Below are positions 40,376 through 50,582 of a stretch of DNA of 64,000 nucleotides, one piece after another. Position numbers and translations under genes: made by a program. Under the pieces are notes generated by a model. That model did not search any database. It saw only the letters and a program-made list of their open reading frames with translations, and was not told the DNA's origin. The first letter of the stretch is position 1. The number at the start of each line of letters is the position of its first letter. Source of the DNA: Terriglobia bacterium (GTDB lineage: Bacteria; Acidobacteriota; Terriglobia; 20CM-2-55-15); NCBI GenBank assembly GCA_965198225.1, contig CBDAOY010000006.1, forward strand, positions 320,001 through 384,000, in the 5' to 3' direction.

Positions 40376-42229
40376 TCAGCGGTTTCCGAGAGGTATGCCT
40401 CGGGCTTCCAGCTGTCGGGTAAAATCCTGCGTCGCCGTCGCGTTCCCGCAGGGCCCGATGCTGAACATCCGAGCGCGCATCAACTGCGCGAGTCCTTTCA
40501 GACCGCCGGCATATCCGTTAGCGGCGAGTTCCCGTGTGTTTCTGTCGAGGAAGTCGACGAATCTGCCGTCACTCCTCCCGTAGACGTAGCGATCGCCGAC
40601 AACGTCCCTGAGGAAAAAGAAGGACTCTTTGAGGGGACCGATCGATATCCAATCCCTGGAGTCCATGCTTTCGGAGTGTGCGACAACCGAATCCATGCTG
40701 TCGGTGTCGAGCGCATCGATCAGTTCGAACATGCCCAACTGGCATCCGGTGACGCGGTCATGAAACGTCGTGTTGAAGGTCGGATCGAAGATATGGTGCT
40801 CCCATGCCGTGCCATCGGAAACCGGCACGATGACGGCCACGTGGGTCAGCCAGTCCCTCAGGTCACCGAAGTTGATCGTAAAGGCGTCGTACCCGAACAT
40901 CTTCAGCAGCCGATCGTAGAACAACGCCATGCCGGAACAATAGAGGGCCCCCTTGTTCGGCAGGAATTGATCGTAATAGATCTCCGCGACCGACGCCTTT
41001 AGAACAGAGTCGGTTGTGACCTGCGCAAGATCACTGCTCTGGGCATAGTTTCCAGCGTTGGAGGCCCAGTTCAAAAGCATCCGGGCCGCTAGCATCCGAT
41101 CCGTGACCAGTGCATCTCCAAGGCCGTCGATTTCAATCAGAAGCTGCTGCCTCAACGTAGCATCAGTAGTAGCAGGTACTTCTTCGAGGGCCAGACGTTC
41201 CCGGCTCAGCTCGTTCACACCCTGGCAATGGACCGGCCCAGAGCCACCCGGTGTCCTGTGCACGACGCCGGATGCACCCTCCTCGCACCGATCGCCGAAC
41301 CGCTCGATGGATGACGGAGCCCTCCACCCCACTGAATGCCTGGCGAACCACCCGTCATCGACGCCACTGGCCTCGTAGAGTTGGAGCGCGCGAGCCTGGT
41401 CCTCGTCTGGGAGATGGGCGAACGCCTCGATGAAAACACTCATCACACCTCGCCGGCCGAGCGCCGCTACTATCCCCGGTGTCAACTCGACACGCTGTTG
41501 CTCGAAGCAGCCAAGTGCGAAGCTGCTTTCGAGGCACGATTCGATGTAGCGACTGTTGTCGTGCGCGTTTCCAGCGTGACGTCGCGCCCGGAGCAACGGA
41601 CGATCGATACACGCGATAGGGTGGCGCAGGGCGATGAGGAGCCAGTGATGATACTCGGAGGCACGTCCCAAACCCGGGAACCTCACGTCGGTTTCGACAA
41701 ACGGGCCGACGTCGGCGAGCACCTCGCTGCGGATGAGGACCGTGTTGCCGTTGATGAAGTTTCCGTCCAGCAGCGTCGTGAACGCGTCGGTCTCGAATTC
41801 GCCGGGAGGGTGGCAGTCGCCGATCTGACAGCCGTCCGAATCGATCGTGATGTAGGCGCTATGAACCAGCCCGACCGCCGGATTCTCATCCAGGAAGCGG
41901 ACCTGCGCGTCGAGCTTGTCCGGCTCGATCACGTTGTCCGAACTGAGCCACGCGAGGTAGTGTCCGCGCGCCTCGCGCATTCCGAGGTTGATCGGCGCCG
42001 GCGCGCCGGAAGGGCCCTGCGGGTTGACGACGAGTGAGATATTCCGATCCGGATGGCGCTGTATATAGGACCCGACGATTTCTCGCGAGTCGTCCGTAGA
42101 GTTGTCGTCCACGACGATCAACTCCCAATCCGTGAGGGTCTGCCGGATGACGCTGTCGAGGGCCTCCCCTATGAAACGACCGTAGTTGTAGTTGGGGACG
42201 ATGACGCTGACTTTGGGCACCGTGGTCAT
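40376..42229 (-). CDS. GT2 glycosyltransferase fused to a transglutaminase-like domain
   Basis: N-half is a close paralog of 34818-35897; C-half has YCSG/THVAV/FDPTF. Confidence 0.82.
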   Translation of the reverse strand: MTTVPKVSVIVPNYNYGRFIGEALDSVIRQTLTDWELIVVDDNSTDDSREIVGSYIQRHPDRNISLVVNPQGPSGAPAPINLGMREARGHYLAWLSSDNVIEPDKLDAQVRFLDENPAVGLVHSAYITIDSDGCQIGDCHPPGEFETDAFTTLLDGNFINGNTVLIRSEVLADVGPFVETDVRFPGLGRASEYHHWLLIALRHPIACIDRPLLRARRHAGNAHDNSRYIESCLESSFALGCFEQQRVELTPGIVAALGRRGVMSVFIEAFAHLPDEDQARALQLYEASGVDDGWFARHSVGWRAPSSIERFGDRCEEGASGVVHRTPGGSGPVHCQGVNELSRERLALEEVPATTDATLRQQLLIEIDGLGDALVTDRMLAARMLLNWASNAGNYAQSSDLAQVTTDSVLKASVAEIYYDQFLPNKGALYCSGMALFYDRLLKMFGYDAFTINFGDLRDWLTHVAVIVPVSDGTAWEHHIFDPTFNTTFHDRVTGCQLGMFELIDALDTDSMDSVVAHSESMDSRDWISIGPLKESFFFLRDVVGDRYVYGRSDGRFVDFLDRNTRELAANGYAGGLKGLAQLMRARMFSIGPCGNATATQDFTRQLEARGIPLGNR

Positions 42230-42287
42230 CTTTGATTAGACTGCAATCCTTTCAGGCGTTCCGGGGACACTGCGTCGGGGGGGGAAA

Positions 42288-42382
42288 TGCAAGCAGCCTT
42301 CCAAAGGATTCGTTAATACGAATCAACTACTTACGGTTTAGCGGTGCCGGACGGGCTCAAGGATTTGACGGTGAATTGTCAG
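42288..42382 (-). promoter_or_regulatory. Putative sigma54 promoter with IHF site and upstream activator palindrome
   Basis: TGG-AAGGCTGCTT-GCA; AATCAACTACTTA (matches WATCAANNNNTTR) 42321-42333; TGAC-N8-GTCA 42366-42381. Confidence 0.72.
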
Positions 42383-42478
42383 TGTTCCGGCTGCGCCTCC
42401 GCTTCCTGGCTCGGGAGGGTTCCGTGTAAAAAGTTGTAACCCGGATAACGGTCTGACCGCACGGAGCGCTGCACTGTT

Positions 42479-42811
42479 CTATGAGTTGCCGGCCGGCTCG
42501 ATCACCGCCGACATAGAACCCATCGACCGGGGAAGGAGCGGATCGGCGCCGTAAGCGTGGATCTGGTCACGCTTCTGCTCCGCCTTCGATAACTCGCAGG
42601 TTATCAGGATAGTGGTGCCCTTGGTATCGACTTCGACGGCGTGGGAAAAAGCCTGGGCTTCGCCGAAGCCAAAGAGCTTCCGGAGCATCTCGACGACGTA
42701 CTCATAGGTATGGTCCTCATCGTTGAGGAGGATGACGTGGTAGAGGCTCTCGAGTTGGTATTCTGTGGACTCTTCGATTTCAGGAACGGCGCTCGTAGAC
42801 GATCCGGGCAT
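42479..42811 (-). CDS. clpS: ATP-dependent Clp protease adaptor ClpS
   Basis: YHVILLNDEDHTYEYVVEML, EVDTKG. Confidence 0.9.
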   Translation of the reverse strand: MPGSSTSAVPEIEESTEYQLESLYHVILLNDEDHTYEYVVEMLRKLFGFGEAQAFSHAVEVDTKGTTILITCELSKAEQKRDQIHAYGADPLLPRSMGSMSAVIEPAGNS

Positions 42812-42961
42812 GCCACAGTCTAAACTCAAGTAAACAGGGAAGTGAGAGGTTTTTGTGAGCGCTCGATCCACGTTTACATCTCTAATTGCGCGGACTACAA
42901 TTGCCCTTTCCTGAGCAATAGATCGATTTTTTGGGGTTCTTCCCTCGGAGGATTAGAAGTG

Positions 42962-44914
42962 ATGCGCAAGACCGTAAACATCTGTTTATTGGCGACTGTG
43001 ATCGTGCTGTCCGGTTGTGGTTCATCGACGGGACCCGGCGACGACACCTCGTCCACCGTCCTGACGCCGCGGGGACCGGTCTCGATGGACAGAAATGACT
43101 ACCCCGTCTTCCCGGACGCCGATGCCGGTGCCGACCCCTCTGTGTCCGCTGAAGAGGGGGGCGCAGGGTTTACGGGCGAGGGCTGGGACACGAACACCGA
43201 CTTCGATCTGATCGGCGACCCAAGGGCGGTAAAAGGCGGCAGCTTTACGAAGCACGAGATCGACTTCCCCGGCACACTCCGAACCGAAGGCCCCGACGTC
43301 ATCCTGTGGAACCAGCACGTCGAAGGCATGGTATACGAGGGCCTCGTGAGCCTTCACCCGACGACGCTCGAATTCATCCCGTCACTCGCCACCCACTGGC
43401 AGGTATCCGACGACCAGATGACCTACCGTTTCCGGATCAATCCCAACGCCCGTTTCTCGGATGGGGAGCCCGTCACGGCCGAGGATGTCGTCGCCAGCTG
43501 GGAATTCCGCATGGATCCCAACATCCAGGCTCCGATGAACCGTCTCGTCTTCGAGAAGTACGAGCGGCCGATCGCGGAGAGCAAATACCTCGTTCGGGTA
43601 GAAAGCAAGGAACTCAACTGGCGCAACTTCCTCTACATCTCGACGTCGTCGATCATGCCTGCCCACGTCATCCGCACCCTCGAAGACGACGACTACCTGA
43701 CCGATTGGAACTTCAAGATGTTCCCGGGATCCGGTCCCTACATCGTCAACGAAGAGGATGTGGAGCAGGGTAAGTCGGTCACGATCCGGCGGCGTCAGGA
43801 TTACTGGGCCGAGAACCATCGCGCGAACGTCGGCCTGGGCAACTTCGACGAGATTCGGAATGTCATCGTCAGGGACGAAAACCTGGCCTTCGAGATGCTC
43901 AAGCGCGGCGACCTGGACTTCTTTTTCGTCATTCGAGCTCAGATGTGGGTCGAGGAACTGGAGTTCGACCGGATTCAGAGGGGCCTCATTCACAAGAGGA
44001 AGGTCTTCAACCACGATCCGCAAGGGATGGGCGGCCTCGCGATGAACATGCGAAGACCACCGTTTGACGACATCCGCGTCCGGAAGGCGATGAACTACCT
44101 GTACAACCGCGGACAGATGATCGAGAAGCTGTTCTACAACGAATACCTGCCCCAGAATTCCTACTACCCGGGCGGAGTCTACGAAAACGCCGACAACCCC
44201 GAAAACCTGTATGATCCGGAACGGGCGCTGGCCCTGCTTGGGGAAGCAGGTTGGGATTCGAGGGATTCACAGGGACGGCTGGTGAAGAACGGACAACCTC
44301 TGAGCCTCGAGCTGGTCTACTACTCCAACACTCAAGAACCTTATCTGACGGTGTTCCAGGAAGACCTGCGGCGTGTGGGCATCGGTCTCAACCTGCGGCT
44401 GGTGACGTTCGCAACGCTTGTCAAGCTACTGGATGAGAGGCGTTTCGACTTCGTGACGCTCGCCTACAACGGCTTGCTGTTCCCGAACCCGGAAACCTCC
44501 GTTCATTCCAGCCTGGCCGACCAGGAGAATTCCAACAACATCACCGGCATCAAGAACGCCCGGATCGACGACATTCTCGGAGCCTACGACAAGATGTTCG
44601 ATGTCGAAGAGCGCATCGCGGCGATCCAGGAAATCGACGGGCTCATGGCCGACACCTATCCGTTTGTGCTGTCGTGGTATGCCCCTTACCAGCGGTTTGT
44701 GTTCTGGAACAGGTTCGGGACTCCGGAAGGCTACGTTTCCCGAACGGGAGACTACAGCGACCCGATCGCTTTCTGGTGGGTCGAACCCGAGAAGGAGCAG
44801 GCCATCGCAGGAGCCATGCGTGACGAGTCGATCACGCTGGACGTCGGAGAGACAGACAATCGTTACTGGCTGGAGTTCTCCGGAACCGAGGCGGCGACTC
44901 CGAAGGATCAGTGA
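42962..44914 (+). CDS. ABC peptide transporter substrate-binding lipoprotein (family 5, YejA-like)
   Basis: Lipobox LSGC; AVKGG, ARFSDGEPVTAEDV, GSGPY, NFDEI, FDDIRVRKA. Confidence 0.9.
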   Translation: MRKTVNICLLATVIVLSGCGSSTGPGDDTSSTVLTPRGPVSMDRNDYPVFPDADAGADPSVSAEEGGAGFTGEGWDTNTDFDLIGDPRAVKGGSFTKHEIDFPGTLRTEGPDVILWNQHVEGMVYEGLVSLHPTTLEFIPSLATHWQVSDDQMTYRFRINPNARFSDGEPVTAEDVVASWEFRMDPNIQAPMNRLVFEKYERPIAESKYLVRVESKELNWRNFLYISTSSIMPAHVIRTLEDDDYLTDWNFKMFPGSGPYIVNEEDVEQGKSVTIRRRQDYWAENHRANVGLGNFDEIRNVIVRDENLAFEMLKRGDLDFFFVIRAQMWVEELEFDRIQRGLIHKRKVFNHDPQGMGGLAMNMRRPPFDDIRVRKAMNYLYNRGQMIEKLFYNEYLPQNSYYPGGVYENADNPENLYDPERALALLGEAGWDSRDSQGRLVKNGQPLSLELVYYSNTQEPYLTVFQEDLRRVGIGLNLRLVTFATLVKLLDERRFDFVTLAYNGLLFPNPETSVHSSLADQENSNNITGIKNARIDDILGAYDKMFDVEERIAAIQEIDGLMADTYPFVLSWYAPYQRFVFWNRFGTPEGYVSRTGDYSDPIAFWWVEPEKEQAIAGAMRDESITLDVGETDNRYWLEFSGTEAATPKDQ

Positions 44915-45945
44915 CAAGCTATTTCATCCGACGGTTCCTGCTGATCATCCCGACCTTCCTGGGAATCAGCATGGCCGTGTTCGTCATCACCCACTTCGTC
45001 CCGGGGGGACCGGTCGAGCAACAGGTTCTCCGGTTCAAGATGGCGCTGGCGCAGGAGGGCGGGGCCGGCGGAGCGGCCGGAGGGCTGACAGCCGAGGGTC
45101 TGCCCGAAGGAGCGATCGAGGAGATCCGCCGCTATTACGGCTTCGACAAGCCCGTCCACATCCGGTACGCAAGTTGGTTGTGGAGTGTCCTGCACCTGGA
45201 CCTGGGGCGGTCCTACATCTACCACCAGCCGGTCTGGGACGTCATCAAGACGAGGTTTCCCATCTCGATCTTCCTCGGTCTGACCGGTTTCCTCCTCAGT
45301 TATCTCGTCTGCGTCCCCCTCGGCGTCTTCAAAGCCATCAAGCACGGATCCAGATTCGACTTCGTCAGTTCCTTCAGCGTCTTCCTCGGCTATTCCATCC
45401 CGGGCTGGGCCCTGGGCACGGCCCTGCTGGTCCTGTTCGGCGGCGGGAGCTTCTGGGACCTGTTCCCGCTGGGAGGATTCCGGCCGGACAACTGGGAGTA
45501 CCTCAACTTCGGGGAAAAGATCATCGCCCAGGCTCATCACATGTTTCTGCCCGTTGTCTGCTACATGATCGGGTCGTTCGCGACGCTGACGATCCTGACG
45601 AAGAACGCGCTCATGGAAAACATGGGCCAGGACTACGTGCGAACGGCTTTTGCGAAAGGACTGCGAGAGAGGCGTGTCATCTTCGTTCACGCGCTGCGGA
45701 ACTCGATGATCCCACTCGCTACGGGTCTGGGCCATTTCATCAGCCTGATTCTGGCCGGATCGTTCCTGATCGAGAAGGTCTTCAACATCGACGGTATGGG
45801 CTACCTGGGGTACACGTCGGTCTTGCAGAGGGACTATCCCGTCGCGCTCGGCATCATCATGATCAGCAGCGTCCTGATGCTGGTCGGCAACATTCTTTCC
45901 GACATGATCTACGTCGTCGTCGACCCGAGGATTCGTTTCAAATGA
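44911..45945 (+). CDS. ABC peptide transporter permease (YejB-like)
   Basis: YFIRRFLLIIPT, VPGGPVEQ, YGFDKP, DYVRTAFAKGL, DPRIRF. Confidence 0.92.
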   Translation: MTSYFIRRFLLIIPTFLGISMAVFVITHFVPGGPVEQQVLRFKMALAQEGGAGGAAGGLTAEGLPEGAIEEIRRYYGFDKPVHIRYASWLWSVLHLDLGRSYIYHQPVWDVIKTRFPISIFLGLTGFLLSYLVCVPLGVFKAIKHGSRFDFVSSFSVFLGYSIPGWALGTALLVLFGGGSFWDLFPLGGFRPDNWEYLNFGEKIIAQAHHMFLPVVCYMIGSFATLTILTKNALMENMGQDYVRTAFAKGLRERRVIFVHALRNSMIPLATGLGHFISLILAGSFLIEKVFNIDGMGYLGYTSVLQRDYPVALGIIMISSVLMLVGNILSDMIYVVVDPRIRFK

Positions 45946-45988
45946 TCAACCTAGATCGGGGGGCAAAGGTGCCGACCCGTGAATGTAG

Positions 45989-47128
45989 ATGGCAGTAGGG
46001 GAAGAAGAACTGAGGGAGGTCCTGACCGAGCCCTCGTCCGAGCAGCCGGAAGAGCCGAAGCGATCCGTTTCGATATTCAGGAAGCGGTGGCACAAGTTTC
46101 GAACTCTGAAACGCGGGTACTATTCCTTCCTCATCGTCGTCGCAGCGTACCTGATCTCGTTCATCCTACCGATCCTGATTAACAACAAGCCCCTGGCGCT
46201 GAAGTTTAACGGCGAGTACCACTTCCCGATCCGAACCTACGTCGATGCTTCGGAGTTCGATCCCGACTCGTTCGGTGAGCCCGACTACCGGGCGCTCAGG
46301 GAAAGGTTCGCCTCGGAGGGCGAGGGCAACTGGGTCTTGATGCCGCCCTTCCCCTACAGCCCGAACGAAAACCTTCTCGATATGGAAGGAGTGCCGCCGC
46401 ACTCTCCGTCAGCGGAGCATCCCTTCGGAACGGACAACAGGGCAAGGGACATCCTCGCCAGGCTGGCTTACGGGTTCAATATCTCACTGTCCTTCGCCCT
46501 GCTCGTTCTGGTGTTCAGCTACGTGGCCGGAATCGTCGTCGGGGCCTCGATCGGCTACTTCGGAGGAAAGCTCGATATCCTGGGCCAACGCGCCATCGAG
46601 ATCTGGTCGTCCCTACCCTTCCTGTACATGATCATCATCGTGAGTTCGATCATCGTCCCAACATATATTCAGGGGCGGAATCAGCTGCTGCAACCCTCGT
46701 TCTGGCTTCTGATCATCATCCTTTCGGCATTCGGGTGGATGGGAATCACCTACTACGTGCGCGGAGAGTTTTACAGGGAGAAAGCAAAGGACTACATCGG
46801 CGCGGCTATCGCCATGGGCGCTTCCGAACGCGCGATCATGTTCAGGCATATCCTTCCGAACGCGCTTACCCCGGTCGTCTCTTTTGCGCCGTTCGCCATC
46901 GTCGGCAACATCTCGGCTCTCGTCGCCCTGGACTTTCTCGGTTTCGGCCTGCCTGCGCCCACACCAAGCTGGGGGGAGCTGATCGGACAGGGAACGCAGT
47001 ATCTGACGAAGTGGTGGCTGGTCTTCTTCCCTCTCGGCGCGGTCTTTCTGACTCTTCTCCTGATCGTCTTCATCGGCGAAGCCATACGCCAAGCTTTCGA
47101 TCCGAAGGAGTATTCGAGGCTGCGGTAG
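45989..47128 (+). CDS. ABC peptide transporter permease (YejE-like)
   Basis: KRGYYS, NNKPL, GTDNRARDILARLAYGF, RHILPNA, LDFLGFGLP, AFDP. Confidence 0.92.
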   Translation: MAVGEEELREVLTEPSSEQPEEPKRSVSIFRKRWHKFRTLKRGYYSFLIVVAAYLISFILPILINNKPLALKFNGEYHFPIRTYVDASEFDPDSFGEPDYRALRERFASEGEGNWVLMPPFPYSPNENLLDMEGVPPHSPSAEHPFGTDNRARDILARLAYGFNISLSFALLVLVFSYVAGIVVGASIGYFGGKLDILGQRAIEIWSSLPFLYMIIIVSSIIVPTYIQGRNQLLQPSFWLLIIILSAFGWMGITYYVRGEFYREKAKDYIGAAIAMGASERAIMFRHILPNALTPVVSFAPFAIVGNISALVALDFLGFGLPAPTPSWGELIGQGTQYLTKWWLVFFPLGAVFLTLLLIVFIGEAIRQAFDPKEYSRLR

Positions 47129-47169
47129 CCCCCGCCTGTCGGTCTCTATCACGTAAGAACGGAATTTGA

Positions 47170-48153
47170 ATGGCTGAAAAACTCGTGGAAATCCAGGGCC
47201 TCAAAACCTACTTCAGAACCGAAGCAGGCATCGCCAAAGCCGTCGACGGCGTGGATCTGAACATATTCAAGGGCGAGGTCGTGGGCCTGGTCGGCGAATC
47301 CGGATCGGGGAAGAGCGTCACGGCGCTGAGCATCCTCCGATTGATCCCGAACCCTCCCGGGGAGATCGTGGACGGATCCATCCTCTATAAAGGACAGAAC
47401 CTACTCGAGCTCTCGTGGGAGGAGATCCGCAAGATTCGCGGGAACGAAATCAGCATGATCTTCCAGGAGCCGATGACGTCGCTCAACCCGGTGTTTACGA
47501 TTGGGATGCAGTTGATGGAGATCATCCTCGAGCACGAGAAGTGCTCAAAGAAAGAGGCTTTCGATCGCTCCGTCGAGATGCTCAAGCTGGTCGGAATCCC
47601 GGAGCCGGCCTCACGGATGGGGGCCTACCCCCAGCATTTTTCCGGGGGCATGCGCCAGCGGGTGATGATTGCGATCGCGCTTGCATGTAATCCATCGCTG
47701 TTGATCGCCGACGAACCCACCACGGCGCTGGATGTCACGATCCAGGCGCAAATCCTGGAGTTGATGTTCCAGATCAAGGAAAAGCGCAAGGACGCGGCGA
47801 TACTCCTCATCACGCACAACCTGGGAGTCGTAGCGGAAACCTGCGACCGCGTCGCCGTGATGTATGGGGGTAAGATGCAGGAGATCGGGTCCGCTGAGGA
47901 AATCTTCAACAACCCGCAACACCCCTACACGCGCGGCCTGCTGGCGTCACTCCCGCAGGTCGAGGGAGAGAAACACGATCGGCTGCGCACGATACCGGGC
48001 AACGTCCCGAACATCCACGAATTACCGATCGGCTGCAAGTTCGCCACCCGATGTGAAGAGAAACTCGAACGATGCGACCTGATCGAGCCGGACTTTCATC
48101 AAGTCGCGCCAAACCACCGGTCCCGCTGCCATCTGGTGGAAAGTGGTCAGTGA
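47170..48153 (+). CDS. Oligopeptide ABC ATP-binding protein (OppD/DppD-like)
   Basis: [29 protein letters not shown], Cys tail. Confidence 0.95.
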   Translation: MAEKLVEIQGLKTYFRTEAGIAKAVDGVDLNIFKGEVVGLVGESGSGKSVTALSILRLIPNPPGEIVDGSILYKGQNLLELSWEEIRKIRGNEISMIFQEPMTSLNPVFTIGMQLMEIILEHEKCSKKEAFDRSVEMLKLVGIPEPASRMGAYPQHFSGGMRQRVMIAIALACNPSLLIADEPTTALDVTIQAQILELMFQIKEKRKDAAILLITHNLGVVAETCDRVAVMYGGKMQEIGSAEEIFNNPQHPYTRGLLASLPQVEGEKHDRLRTIPGNVPNIHELPIGCKFATRCEEKLERCDLIEPDFHQVAPNHRSRCHLVESGQ

Positions 48154-48190
48154 TCAGTGTTCAGTCAGACCAACGTGACCGAGAGAGAGA

Positions 48191-48261
48191 TGTAAGTGCG
48201 CTCTATGAGCGCACAAATTCTTGCTGAACCATCAGTTGTGCGGTCATAGACCGCACCTACA
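48191..48261. repeat. Inverted pair of GTAG-type REP-like palindromes
   Basis: TGTAAGTGCGCTCTATGAGCGCAC ... GTGCGGTCATAGACCGCACCTACA; other copies at ~54318, ~55827, ~55985. Confidence 0.72.
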
Positions 48262-48299
48262 CGGCCTCATCGAAGCGGATTGCGGATGCGCACAGACTA

Positions 48300-49289
48300 A
48301 TGGAAAAGATTCTCGAACTGAAAAACCTGAAAGTGCTCTTCCCCATATTCGGCGGGGTCTTGCTGCGGAAGCGGGCGGCGGTCCGGGCCGTCGACGGGGT
48401 CAGCCTGGATCTTTATAAGGGAGAGACACTGGGTCTGGTCGGCGAGTCCGGTTGCGGCAAGAGCACCGTCGGGCGGGCGATCGTCAACATCCTGCGAGCG
48501 ATGAGCCACGGCGTGGAGGTGTCGGGCGAGATTCTCTACCATTCCCCTGACGGGGTCGTCGACCTCAATTCCCTGAACCGATCCGACATGCGGCCGCTGC
48601 GGTCCGACATCCAGATGATATTCCAGGACCCGTATTCGTCCCTGAACCCCCGAATGACCGTCAGCCAGATCGTCGAGGAGCCGTTGAAGATCCACACCCG
48701 CTCGACCGCCGCCGGACGCAAGGAGCATGTCCTCCGGCTTCTCGACAAGGTGGGTCTAACCCACGAGCAGGCCAGCCGCTACCCTCACGAGTTCTCGGGC
48801 GGTCAACGGCAGCGCATCGGCATCGCCCGCGCTCTCTCCACCCACCCGAAAATCATCATCGCCGATGAGCCCGTGAGTGCTCTCGATGTGTCCATCCAGG
48901 CTCAGGTGATCAACCTGATGCAGGACCTGCAGAAGGAATTCGATCTCTCTTACATCTTCATCGCCCACGACCTGTCGGTGGTGCGGCACATTTCCGACCG
49001 TATCGCGGTGATGTACCTGGGAAACATTGTCGAGCTCGGCCCTGCCGACAAGGTGTACACCGACCCGAAGCATCCATACTCGAGCGCGCTGCTTTCGGCG
49101 GTACCCCGACCGGTTCCAGGACGGGTCCACGAACGCATCAGGCTCGTCGGCGACGTCCCGAACCCGATCAACAAACCTTCCGGGTGCAGCTTTCACACCC
49201 GCTGCCCCATCGCACAAGAGTCTTGCTCGGCCGAGGTTCCTGCCCTTCAGGCAAAAAACGGCCGATCGGTAGCCTGTCCCCTGGTCTAG
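48300..49289 (+). CDS. Oligopeptide ABC ATP-binding protein (OppF/DppF-like)
   Basis: GESGCGKS, QMIFQDPYSSLNPR, YPHEFSGGQRQR, DEPVSALD. Confidence 0.95.
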   Translation: MEKILELKNLKVLFPIFGGVLLRKRAAVRAVDGVSLDLYKGETLGLVGESGCGKSTVGRAIVNILRAMSHGVEVSGEILYHSPDGVVDLNSLNRSDMRPLRSDIQMIFQDPYSSLNPRMTVSQIVEEPLKIHTRSTAAGRKEHVLRLLDKVGLTHEQASRYPHEFSGGQRQRIGIARALSTHPKIIIADEPVSALDVSIQAQVINLMQDLQKEFDLSYIFIAHDLSVVRHISDRIAVMYLGNIVELGPADKVYTDPKHPYSSALLSAVPRPVPGRVHERIRLVGDVPNPINKPSGCSFHTRCPIAQESCSAEVPALQAKNGRSVACPLV

Positions 49290-49559
49290 TGTCCTGAGTT
49301 AGAAGTACGTTCACTATCTCCGATGGATGTTGCCACTCGCTGGGTGGACGTTGAACCGGTCGACAACGGTCGTATGCACGCTGCCGGCTCTGCCCTTGCA
49401 ACCGGCAACTTCCATCGGCCCTGCGGGTTCGGGCGGAACGGCGCCGTCTTTGGAGTCGCTCCTCCTCGCAATGAATGAGCATTGGCTCGTCGTCGCTCCG
49501 CCAAATCCAGCGTCGTTGCGCTCCGAAATATAGCAAACGTACTTCTAACTCAGGACACT
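49287..49559. mobile_element. MITE-like element, TIR AGTGTCCTGAGTTAGAAGTACGTT
   Basis: 24-bp perfect TIR, 273 bp, starts in the TAG stop of the upstream ATPase. Confidence 0.88.
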
Positions 49560-49728
49560 CGCAACTCGCTTTCTTCCGCCTTCAGGCGGCTTTCGCAAAG
49601 CTCCAGGTTTGGTGCTCCGGAAACGCCCAATAAGGGATGGAGTTGTATGCTGGTTTTCTGGTAGACTTCTCCGTTGATTCTGCACAGGACGTAAACTTTC
49701 TGTTCTTAATAGCTTAGGAGGAATTGAC

Positions 49729-50571
49729 ATGGCCGACGGAAGCGGGAACGGCCGGGTCACGGTGGCGGGAGCGGTCCTAGGCGGCATGCTCCTGATTTTG
49801 ATCGTGGTTTCGCTCTGGCTTTTCACGAGCGACCGCTATTGGTTCACCCCATTGGCTTCAGCTGAAGGCGGCGCGATCGATCGAATTTTCGTGATCGTCT
49901 TGGTCGTGACCGGGATTGCCTTTGTGCTCGTCCAGGGCGTGATGGCCTATTTCGTGGTGCGATTCGGAGAGAGGGGGGAGGAGAAAGCCACCTACTGGCA
50001 CGACCACCCGAAGGGTGAAGCCATACTGATCGGGATCACGGCGATCACGCTGACCGTCCTGGTTTTCCTGGGCCAGAGCGTCTGGGCTGATATTTTCTTC
50101 GCGGACCCGCCCGAGGACGCGATGATCGTCCAGGTCACGGGCCAGCAGTTTCAGTGGGTCATCCACTACCCCGGCCCCGACGGTGTCTTCGGAAACCGGG
50201 ATCTCACCCGGGTGACGGCCACCAATTACATCGGGTTGGACCGCAGCGATCCGGCCGCGGTGGACGACATCATGACGCTGAACCAGATGCATGCCATCAA
50301 AGACCAGCCTGTGCGGGTGAGAGTCGGTTCGACCGACGTCATCCACAACTTTCACATCCCGCAGATGCGGGTCAAGCAGGACGCGGTGCCCGGGATGGTG
50401 ATCGAGTTATGGTTCACTCCGATCGAATCGGGGGAATACGAAATCGCGTGCGCCGAACTGTGCGGCCTCGGTCACTACCGTATGAAGGGCTTCCTGACGG
50501 TAGACGAGACCGAAGAAGAGTTCCAGCAGTGGCTCGAGGAACAGATCGAGTTCCAGCCGGCTGACGATTAG
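49729..50571 (+). CDS. coxB: Cytochrome c oxidase subunit II
   Basis: GQQFQW, DVIHNF, KQDAVPG, CAELCGLGHYRM CuA ligands. Confidence 0.95.
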   Translation: MADGSGNGRVTVAGAVLGGMLLILIVVSLWLFTSDRYWFTPLASAEGGAIDRIFVIVLVVTGIAFVLVQGVMAYFVVRFGERGEEKATYWHDHPKGEAILIGITAITLTVLVFLGQSVWADIFFADPPEDAMIVQVTGQQFQWVIHYPGPDGVFGNRDLTRVTATNYIGLDRSDPAAVDDIMTLNQMHAIKDQPVRVRVGSTDVIHNFHIPQMRVKQDAVPGMVIELWFTPIESGEYEIACAELCGLGHYRMKGFLTVDETEEEFQQWLEEQIEFQPADD

Positions 50572-50582
50572 GGATCAATTCA

